A DNA stretch of 39,354 nucleotides from NCBI RefSeq assembly GCF_000181795.1, contig NW_003526944.1, forward strand, positions 2,593,434 to 2,632,787. The letters are read 5' to 3'. Position 1 is the first letter of the stretch. Each line of letters begins with the position of its first letter. This DNA comes from Trichinella spiralis. Lineage: Eukaryota. The notes under the pieces are model-generated. The model had not been told where the DNA came from. It saw only the letters and a list, made by a program, of their open reading frames with translations, and did no database searches. Shown here in pieces: positions 9,167 to 20,204 of the stretch. A program made the position numbers and the translations under genes.

Positions 9167-12100
9167 TCAAAAACGAGACGCGGTGTAACCGAGCGAACTT
9201 GCTCTGCATTCGACCAGACGTTCAGTGCGCTGTTGCCGTTCTGAACATTCCGAAACAATCGACGGCTGGTTGGTGGCTTGTCTGTTCGCTTGTTCGCCTG
9301 CCGACAATTCTGAACGTAAAAATGGAAACGAACCCGTTGTCGTTCTGTATTCGGTTCGACTGACCACGTTCCAACGGTCTCTGTTTCTGGTGCCTTTTGC
9401 GGCGGGGTTTTGGGTTTTGTTGTTCTCCTCATCCGCTACCGCCGCCGTTCCACCAACGCTGCTCAGCAGGTTCAATTCCGAACGAGCAGAACCCAAACAA
9501 GTGGACGGATTGTTGTTCGAATCGCTGAAATCAACATCAGATCCTGTTGTTTGTTTCTTTTATGCTTCATTATTATTATTAGCATATTGCTTTGTTGTTT
9601 TATTAATTTACCTGACCAAAAGATCCGACTCGGAATGCCGTTTACGATCCAAATTACAGTAGCCTGCTTCGTTCGACGAATGCGAAGTCCAACTGATTGG
9701 ACGTCGCATTCTTCCACCTGCAAACATCGAATATTACTGTACATTTTTTGTTTGTTTGTTTGTTTGCTTACTTTTTTTACCTGTCGAATCATCTGAAATT
9801 GATAGCAAGTGTTTGAGTTTGGCGACAAATTGGAAAGCGTTGATGTTGGTGTTGATCGACTGAAAAGTCAACACTTCCTGCTTGTTTTCGGTAATAATTT
9901 GAAATTTTTCTTGCTGTGCTGTACTGCTGCTGTTGCTTGTAGTTTTGATCACTTCGACATTTTCGATCATGTCGATCTGGAAATGAAAAATAAAAATCAA
10001 CAAACCAACCGACAAAAAAACAACTACCAAAATCAAATGGATATTTTTTCAATGATACAGATATTTTATAGATATATTGGTTGGTTGTTTGTTTACTGGA
10101 AGTTCTTCTTTCACTTCGTAACATTCGTCAATGTGCGGTATGGAATTGCGACGACATTTGCACATCAGCATGACGGTCGAATACAAGAACACATGCCTCT
10201 GGCGGACTTTGCTGGCCCGTCGCATGCGCAACGGTGCTTTGTCGCCGGTTTTCTTGTTAAGCCACACACGGAAACGACCCTCCAACAATACGGCACCCAA
10301 ACTCGACAAATCACCCTTCAAAGTATGGTTTTTTTTTCTTTTCATATTTCATTTTTCTTTTTCACAAAATCTTACAGTATATCCGACAATGTAGCCCTGA
10401 TTCAAGCTGGCGTTCACTAGATGCAACAGTTCCAAAATTGCATTCAACGCTTGTTCAACTTGATCACTTCCTTCTGTCCTGTCGACGCTTCTTGCCAATT
10501 CCTATTATTTGAAGTTTTGGATTTGAGAAAAAAAAGGTTTTTTTCTTTCTTACTTTAAGCAACAATTGATATTTGGTGACTCGTTGAACAGGCTTGAGCA
10601 AATAAGCACTCAATGGCAAAGCATGACCAGCTCGATCTTGGCACATCTGAAAAAAAGTTGTTGAATGTGTGGACAAGAGAAGAAGAAAAATAAAATTACA
10701 ACAGAACCACACCCATGGTTTGTGGGTGGAATGCAAAAATTGTTCACCTGCAAAAATGAATAACCTTCAGCACACTGTTTGAGCAAAGCCTCGCTGAGCG
10801 GTTTGTTCAGGCAGTAGGTGATGTAAATTTGAAAGTGATCAGTGTGGTCGAGAAACGTTCTGGCGATATTTCTGACGTTGCTTTCGGCGGCTTTCAGAGC
10901 CGGCAGAAATATTTCACTGTGGAAATTGTAAATTTGGTGCAAATTCCCGAACAGCACTTTCTGCTTGGACAGTAGATTGTTGGGAACGTAACGGCGTTGG
11001 TCGGCATCTTCGAACGCGTGAATGTAATACTTGACCACTGAACGTAGTTCGTCGACGTAATTCTGCTCCGTGCTGAGCAATTCGTTCAGCACAAATGACG
11101 AACGTTTCGAAGATTCAGCATTGAAAGTACAACTATTGTTGTCAACGTTCGCCTGCTGATCGTACGGTAATTCTGACCACAGGCTGCCTGGTGGCGGTGA
11201 TAGCATTGCCAAAGCGTCGTCACTAGCATCGTCGGATAACTGGGAAGAAATTTTATTATTTGAAATTTAAAATAATCACGTCGCTTCAACATACTTGGCC
11301 AATGTCCGTATGGGATGAGTCACGCAGTGGGAGGTATCGATAAGTACAAGACAAAGGATTCGTTGCCTTTGCAGCGGTCATTTTGATCGGTTCAGAAAAT
11401 GAACTGATTCGCGCTTTGCTCAACAGTCGTTTCAAAAATACACATCGACTTTCGCAGAGTTGTTTCACATCACTAACACGAGCATTAACCTGAAAAATCA
11501 AATGATCAAAAAAAGTGATAAATATATAAATCGGTTGAAAATTATCAATAGCTAAAAATTGCTGCAAATCAAATCGAAGCGTAATAATCAATATGAACGT
11601 TCAGAGTGGGAAATTTGGTTACAGAAGGAAAGATTGCTTTGCAATTGCAGTAAATATTAATCGATTTTCCTTTGAAAGCATGCCAATTGAAGTTGAACGA
11701 TTGGATTGAAGTGGCGACGTTTGAGATGCCAAATACAACGACCAGATCGAATTATAACAATAGAATGAATGACGCGACAACGAGGAAACTTCAATTCATA
11801 TTATTCGGCTAGAGCAGAATTTCCAATTGGTCACCAGCAAACCAATGACAAAATTAGCAAAGCAAAGCAGAACAGCCTATTATTATGAGCAATCAATGCA
11901 GAATCACTTGAGGATACTTACAATTTGAACCGTTTAAAAATAGTAAAATAAAAACTTATGATAAGCAAATAACAAAACAAAACAAAAAAAGAAATACCCA
12001 TTTTCACTTTTCAATTTATGAGAATTGATCGAAAATTTATGAATAGAAAACTAAAGTATAAATTATCCCATAGCTAGACCTGAAATCTTCCAAATGACAG

Positions 12101-15100
12101 AATCAGGTCAACTGTGACAAAGAACTGAAAATAAAATATTCATAAAATTTCAGTGATTGCAAATTAAAAACTTCAAACTACTAATTTCTTGAAATATCGT
12201 TAATTTTTATTATTTTTCCCTTGACAAATACAAATGAATGATCAAAAAGAATTGCTGCTAATTGTTTCAGTAAAAAAACTCAAAACATCTAAATTCAGAT
12301 GTAAAATATGATTAATAATTAGACCGACACAAATGTCAAATTCAACCTTGAAAATAAACCAGAAATATAGCATAATTAAGAAATTGAAAAGTCAAACTTA
12401 TTCCACTTTCGGCACGGACGGGAAGATCAACTTTAAAAAACTGTAAACTATTTATACTCAAAAATTCATTATTGAAATTTTTTAATGAAATTTGTAAATG
12501 CAAAAAATTTTCGCAATAAATCAACTTTGAATCTTACTTCAACTCATCCTACAATTTGAAAATCCATAATTTTACATATGTAACAATATATTCAAGTAGT
12601 ATTCTTCATACAGTATCCTATTTTTATAAAATTATTGTAAATATTAAAAAAATAACAGTCATAAAAACTAAAATAATAAAATTGATAAAAATATACCAGA
12701 ATAATGATAAAATATGAATTAAATTTGTTTTTTTTAAGTTTGACATATTTTAAAAATTTTACTAATTTTCTCGTATTATTGTCAAAACCGAAAATTGTGA
12801 TAAGCTGATAAAAGTAAACAAAACTATTTAATACGCTTTTTGAACATTTTATCAACCTCAACTGATAACTTAATGATCATTTGATCATCAAAATTGAATA
12901 AGTACAGTAACGATATGACAAATACGCAGCTACTGAAGTATCGACAGATTTCCCGCATCAAAAGTTGGTAAGTGCGATTATTATCATTATTATTATTTTG
13001 TGTACATATGTTGTAGAATATCTGTTAGATGAAACTGTTAGATTGATAAATAATAGGTTCATTTTTCATTTCGTATAGAACAATTGTGGATTATTTTTCA
13101 AATCTTTCTAACGAATAGAAATCAATTTTCTTCTGTCGATGTATCAGTTGACTTTTTAAATTAACTGTAAACTGTGCTATATTAGGCTATGAATAACCGT
13201 TCACTGTCGACTACTGGGATAGAAATGTGATATTTTGAAAATGGTCAGAATGATAGTTTCAAAATGACAATTTCTCTTGAATTTTACAAATTAATTATGG
13301 TTAAAAATTTTCAATTGTTCAAGTTTATCTTCATGAATTTTTTCATCTCCGAACTGTTAAATAATATTTAGGTGAATTTGATTTGAAAATTTTGATAAAA
13401 AAAACATTTAATTCGACGTTTGTTGCAACTTGAAGTACTGTATTAGAGTTTGAAAATGCAAGTTTGATTTTTCAGTTATTCAGCGAATGTTGGCTGTATT
13501 TTTTTGATATACTGATTTGTTTGATTAAGTTTGATAAAATATCATTTACCTGACTGAGAAGGGTTTTGGTGTCGTATGCACTGAGCAGAAGTAGAGAATC
13601 GGATGTGTCTAGGTCGAGGGTTAAGTCGTTGGACGAGCTGAGTAGATTTTGAATGCTGAAAAGCGATTCTTCGCATTGTCTGATGTCATCCAATTCCATT
13701 GTCATGTTAATCATAAGCTGCACGCCGGTGTTGCACCAGTGATTAGCCTACGGAAACGAAGCTTAGGTTAGAAGATGCAAACAGGATGTCTGTTCAGACT
13801 GAGCGATCATCCATCATTGCAGCATTGAGGAAAAAACAAGTTAATTCCGTTTTCACTAGCTCGTTAGCGGAAAACTAGCTACATTTGAATCAACACTCCA
13901 GTTTGTCTGGTCGAAATGGGCTTTACCTGACAAATATAGTCGTGTAGCTTTTTCACGTCGTGCAAAAAGCGCGAACGATTTTTCAAAGCTTGATCCAGTT
14001 GTTCAGTTAGCCGTTGCAGTTCTTGACATTTCGGCGTCAAGCTTCCAATAAGCTCTTTTTCTTCTGCCGCAATAAGCTGCTCTCCGCGAAGTTTCAAGCT
14101 GTTCGCAGCTTGCACATCCGCCTGGAAATGCAAAGCAAAAGCTTCATCTCTTATTATATGTACATGTATACAAAGCAACGATTGCAACAATGCTGTAGGC
14201 GGCTGTTTCAACAAATCCTACTGCTCAGCGAAGCTCACCTGCGTTTTCTCAGCGTAAATACGATATTCTTCAATAAGACGATCCACCTCGTCAATGGAGC
14301 ACAGTCGACACTGGTCCCTTTCACCAGTTTCGAAATGAGGCCCAATGCGCAACTTTTCCAAATGACACAGGAAATTTGATTGTAGCTGTATAAAATGTTA
14401 ACAATTTCATATTAGCCAAATGAAACGCGTATCTGGTACCAATTTTGTCATCGAAAACGCAAATAGCAAAAACCGAAACAAATAAAACTAGCATCGATTG
14501 ACCCTCCCTGCCCAGGGACACGAAATGCAAGCAACAACCAAAAAATTTTATGTGCATGTGGGAAAAAATCTCTACGTCAGATTGTACAATCGAAACCCTC
14601 TCTACCATGTGAAATTACGCGAACGTTGCACATCCGTTATCGGCGGATGTATGCCGGTGGAGTTTTTCTACATAATGGATCAACTCAATTGCTGTACATA
14701 AATAATAATAATAATAGCAAGCTGAAAATTTGCTTCATGTCACTGTTGACCTTCATTTGTATTCCAATCCGAGGCTAGTAATGATGAGCACGGCAGAACG
14801 GAAACGACGATTTATTTGAATGAACGGAAATTTACCATCATTGCATGGTAAAAAAATAATAATAATAAGCTTGAAAAGTCACGTTGAAAGTATATATTTT
14901 ACCACAAACAGAAATCATTTATAAAATGAATGGAATTCTTTGAAATGAAAAAAAAAGAAAAGAAAACGAAGAAGAAGAAGAATTTTCCCACAAATAGCTC
15001 AAGGTTATCAATTGTTACCGGACGAAACCGCATTTTAAAATTTTGCATTATCAAAGGAATTGATTTGTTTGTTTGTTTGTTTGTTTGTTGAATTTATTAC

Positions 15101-18100
15101 CTTTTTGAAATCTTCTTCAAATTGACGCAACTGCAAACAGTGTTGAAGACGAAATTCATGGGTGGGCCAGAATTTGTCGAAGCGTTTTTCGGTATCTTCG
15201 AGCTGAAGCAACGTTCGTTGCACGCTGGTGACGTTGTGAACGCGGGTTGGGCTTAGCTGTTCGGCGTTGGGCTTGGTATCCGCTTGACGGACGCTTTTCA
15301 ACAAGTCGAAACCCCGTCGAACGATGATTCGAAAGTCTTCCTGAAATTTATTCATTTGACCGCTTAATATGCAAAAAGAACATATTCAACATTTATCTAT
15401 ATGATAAATATTACTTTGATTGCATCGCGGTCCGCTTTTTGTGACGACAGTATGTTCGCCGTTGTTGAAGCATCGTTTGGTAATTCAGTTTCGCGTAAAT
15501 TTTGTACAAATTCATCCAACGTACGGGCAATGCCTTCGGCACTGCAGCGGAGTCGTTCAATTTCCTTAAATTGAAATTATTCGTTTTATTTAAAAAGGAA
15601 ATTTTTCAAAAATTTTCTCTTCTTGCTAAAATTTCTACCATTCGATGCTGCAACCATTCTAAATGATTGTAATGGAATGAACCGCAGAGGTCGTACGTTA
15701 AACAGCTTGGATTGACGTGTTGATGCAGTTCTGGTAATGAATTGCAAACGAAAGTCTGAAAGCAAAGCTTATTATTTATTACTCATGTTGTTATTGATTT
15801 CCGATTTATTTCAATAATCATCGATAGCATTAGTACAAAAGTACATCAATGTCAGACCAAATTGATATGTATATATGATTATTTGAAATAATTGTTTCAT
15901 GAGTGAAAAATTATTAATTAATTTAAATTTGTTGAAATGATAATCATTATCTGCAAAATGCATTCATGCACACACATGCAGTTTGATGGATGTGTCTTAC
16001 TTGCAAACGATTAACACCAGAGATGTGCTTATATCCAACTTCCAACGCGCGTTGTAAAACACCGTCTGGTTTGATCACGTAGACGAATCGTAGATTTCCA
16101 GGGAAAAAACTCTGTAAGAATAAAAGTTTTTTTTAAACTATAAAAACAAACAATGAAAAATACAAAGAACAAAATGTTCATAATGAAATAGATGGTTGTT
16201 GTGCAGTATGTGGTAATGTTTATGTTAATAGTTAATTTTTGCATTTACTACAAGTGGAAAGATTCTCATCAGTGTCTAAGTAGATCATACAGAACTGGTC
16301 AATGTGGACGATGAGCAGTCAGTCATTCTTCGCCTGCTCACGGTTCATCAGTTTGCGGGTCATGGAAATATTGCGCAACGAACTGAATGGAATTCCACCT
16401 TCCCAATGCTGATCGATGGACACTGGTTGGAGAAAAAAATGTTAAATTTATATATATTAGCAAAAAAACAGAACAGCAACATTAGCTGTTTTCCAAATGC
16501 TATGCTATAGAATTGTCAATGTGGGACTTCAACTGTAGCGTTCGTATTCTCTGGATATTTGGGTCAACGGAACAGCTTGCAAAGGTGCATATTTTTATTG
16601 GACCTTGAAAGTACAATTTAAACAAAATGGAAAGAAAGAAGAAATTTTATACTAAATAAACAGCAGGCAGTTATTTACTATTTACCATCTGTTGTCTAGT
16701 TGGCTAATTTTTTTTGTGAGGAAGAATAGCCATAAGATTTTGCAGTGCTATGATTGTTTGAGATGATTGAATTTGAAAAATCCAAGAAAGAAAAAATACA
16801 TACAGAACAGAATCAAAATGACCATCTTACTGATAAATGTGAGAGTAATGTTTTCACAGATGCCCAACGATCTGTGCGTCTGTCAATGATGACGACAAAA
16901 CCGAGGAAAATATCTTCTACCCTGAAGAAAGCATAAAAATTATTATTATTATTGTGGAAATTTTTATACTGTTCATACGGTTGTAAACGTGTCAAGTAGG
17001 TGATGAGAAGGCGATATTCCACGAATGGCAGATGTACGTGGCTATCAGGAAATGTGAGCACCGGGAAGCCTTGGTCAGTTTTGGCCCCTGTAAAATTAAA
17101 AGCATTTTCATTGTTTGATTATTTTTTCTTGCTTTTTAAATTTCAACTTGTTATTTTCTATTTCTTACCTGAGATGAAAGCATACCTAGTTACCAGCAGG
17201 TCTGATACTTTACGAATTTTTACGCGTTGATTGTCCACTTTCATGTATCCATCTAAATGTGGTGAAAGAAAAGATTTTTATATTCATAAACGTATGGATT
17301 TGAAAATTGAAATTTTTATCAAACAAAAATAATAATTAATATTAATAATTGATCATAATCATCATGGCCATTGTTGTATTATCATTATGCTAAATAGGAT
17401 TTATATTTTAACTTACTGTTTTTTTTAATTTGAATGATCATCTCATTATTTGAAATTATAACACATTTCCTGTTGTATTATTTGTTGGATAAAAAGAATT
17501 GTGTGAAAATTTTACCCCAGTCGTCGCAGCTGCTGGTGGATGCGATACTTTCTGAATCGTGATACAACCAACCTGTACCATATTGAGAACTTTGAGATCG
17601 CGTCAACGCGCTCTGATAGCCGGATTCTTCCAGGTCAGAGCGGAGAATCTTCTGAAACAAGAATAATAATTATCACTTAACCTCGATAAAGGTGCAAATT
17701 GTATATAACTTTTGAGATGCGTATCACAGCAGAGTATTCAATCAAATAAACCAAATGCATCATTCCAACAACATACAGGGCGAATTGAAAAAAAAATATG
17801 TTGCAATTCACATTATTGGTAAATTAATAAACCGACTAGTGACAACAGCTGCATCATTTTTATTAAGCACGTTTTGCAACAACAACAACTGGTGAATTTC
17901 AAGCATTCATCTATTTCACATGTGTTTTGTTCTTCTTTTTTTTTAAATTAAAGTATGTATAATGAATTTGAAATTAGCAAAATTAATAATACTGATAATA
18001 GCATATGAAAATGAATTATAATTATACGCTTCATGTAGATTGCCCTTGTAGATGTGAAAGCAATTATTAAAACAACAGAAGTAAGCGCAGTTTGAAAATA

Positions 18101-18252
18101 TCGAAGGAATTATTATTTTTTGATTTTTGAATTTCTTCTTCTTTTACAATATTTACCTGTTGATGATGATGATCATGATGATGAGGTTGCTGTTGTGCTT
18201 GTTCTTTGTCAACATCGTTGAATTGCAATGCATGTAATTGAACCGAAGCCAT
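9167..18252 (-). CDS. MCF2L: Dbl-family Rho GEF with Sec14-like, spectrin-like, DH and PH domains (Dbs/MCF2L-type; cgef-1-like)
   Basis: Exons 5'->3': 18252-18157, 17651-17516, 17252-17169, 17087-16979, 16921-16831, 16111-16001, 15755-15639, 15564-15415, 15340-15101, 14385-14239, 14121-13927, 13747-13550, 11489-11295, 11239-10748, 10646-10554, 10501-10376, 10315-10097, 9976-9781, 9717-9612, 9524-9167. All GT-AG and phase-consistent. Sec14-like [51 protein letters not shown]; spectrin-like [78 protein letters not shown]...RHVFLY. First exon uncertain. Confidence 0.88.
16462..16549. repeat. Dispersed diverged element, copy 1 (GEF intron)
   Basis: Shares ttcaactgtagcgttcgtattc exactly, and attagct-ttttccaa-t---tgcta approximately, with 19868-19957. 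Confidence 0.8.
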
Positions 18253-18540
18253 TCAGCAGGCTTGGTTGGTTGGATGAGTTGAAAAAATCGACTGCTTTTT
18301 CAATTTGCTGCCTGTATATTGAATAGTCAGTCGATCGGCAATGAAGAAGTATGATTATTTGCAAAGCACAATGAGCTCGGCAAAAGGAACGCTGAAGGCG
18401 AATAAGCAGGCTATGATCACTTTCGTGCTTAGCTATTTCGAAGCATTTGCTAAACTTTGACTCGGCTAGGCCATTGTTGTCATTCATCAATTTCGAATGG
18501 CAAAGAAAAACCTTCTCAACTATTATAGCTATAGTAATAT

Positions 18541-18612
18541 TAGCAGTAGCAGCAACAGCAGCAGAAGCAGTAGTAATAGTAGTAGTAGTAGTAGTAGTGG
18601 TAGTGATGGCAG
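18541..18612. repeat. Degenerate (CAG)/(TAG)n trinucleotide tract
   Basis: tagcagtagcagcaacagcagcagaagcagtagtaatagtagtagtagtagtagtagtggtagtgatggcag. Confidence 0.8.
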
Positions 18613-19867
18613 TTTTTGTTTAATTTGCAGTTGATTAACTTATATTTTATTTTTTGTTATAATTTTAATAATTATGAAATTATTTTCACGATTCAAAATT
18701 TGAAAATTTCAATTAAATGTGAAAATGAATTAGTCGTGTTATTTATTTTTCAATTTTGCAAGAAAGCTTGGCAATATTTTCCGGATATTGTTGAAATTGT
18801 GTATTTACTGATCAATATTAAAAATGATTAATTTCAATATTGAACTGTGATGATTTTATTCACATGGAAACGACGTCAGCAAAATGATTTTCTCTCTACC
18901 CAAATCGTTCACCTTTACACGCAAGCAAATTGTTGATTTATTAAACATATTTATTATTTTTTTGAAATTACTTCATGCGCCACTTTTTACATTCTTTCGA
19001 AAACTTTTTTCCATTATTGCATTGAAAAGCAAAGGAAATTGATACATTTAAATTTTTTTTAACTTCAAATATTCTTCTTTCGATCATGCTATATATGCTT
19101 TGAAGTGAAATTGCCCCTTTTCTAATTTAACTGAGCAACGTAATTTTGAAGTCAAAAAAATAATTATTATATTCACTGTAGTCTATTTCAACTAATGATA
19201 ATGATGCTAACTGCTGATCATCTGGTTAAGCGAAAGATTTTTTTTCGCCCTTCACCTACTTAACGAACTGAAAAATATTGATTTTCAAGTATTTTTATTA
19301 TACAGTAATCTGAATATTCTTTTCAAAGATTTGTTAGTGAAAAAAATAGAAGGAATTCATTTTTATCATTTTTTCAAATTTCAATCTGATCCGTGCATTG
19401 TGAGATCACAGATCGAATAAAACGGGGAAATTAGTCCGTATGATTTTTCTCTACAACAGCTGAATGCATTGAACTGTGCAAGTGAGTAAAAAAAAGAAAT
19501 AATACAAATTCCGGTGCTACAGTTTCTTTTTTCATTTCTCTAAATGGAATAAAAATTCACTCTATTAATATTTTAATTATTTTTTAAATTGTTTTATTTT
19601 TCATTTAACATAAACGAGAAAGTGACAATGAGAATAGCGAAATGACCGTGTGAAATTTTTACTTAGAGATGATGGTACTGTTGACTGATTGATTTTAGCC
19701 GTTGCACATTGGTTGGCCTATTTTGGTGACGTGACTTATTTAGCCTTGTATTATTATTATTTGAATTTTATTCGAGATTCATTCCAAATGTTCGTCTCAT
19801 TAGAAGAGTAAAATTGTACTTTGATGAATTCAGCTGCATATGATGTTGGTGAATAGTATATATGATC

Positions 19868-19957
19868 AAAAAAAGACAACATTATTAGCTATTTTCCAAT
19901 TTCTGTGCTATTATGTATAATCATTAATGTGAGGTTTCAACTGTAGCGTTCGTATTC
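19868..19957. repeat. Dispersed diverged element, copy 2 (just downstream of the candidate GEF first exon)
   Basis: Same orientation and same order of conserved blocks as copy 1. Confidence 0.8.
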
Positions 19958-20030
19958 AGACAAATTTTGTGGAAAAAAGTCCATAACAGGTTAATTATAA
20001 TCTCATTACAGTAGGAAAATGTAAGCTCAC

Positions 20031-20204
20031 TTTTAATATTTGAAGATCGTAGTCGTAATCGTAGTGGTACGAGGCGCTTGGCTCTTGTTGTGAGAATCGG
20101 CTGCTTGGTGATTTGCTTGTAGTATTTTCCATATTTTGTTGCTTTTGTAATTGAGAAAATGGTCGTTTCCAAAAATGAACGCTAAATTGAGATCTAGTCG
20201 CCAT
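20031..20204 (-). CDS. Candidate alternative first coding exon of the Rho GEF gene
   Basis: ATG 20204 opens 58 codons (MATRSQF...LQILK) ending at donor aaa|gtgagc in phase 0, compatible with the phase-0 acceptor at 17651. Confidence 0.5.

Noticed and set aside
9225..10420. Long + strand ORFs (145, 128, 203 aa)
   Set aside because: Antisense shadows of the GEF exons; they cross its introns.
12915..12973. ATG...TG|GTAAGT mini-exon on + inside the large GEF intron (nested gene?)
   Set aside because: The nearest acceptor gives an immediate stop and no continuing frame was found.
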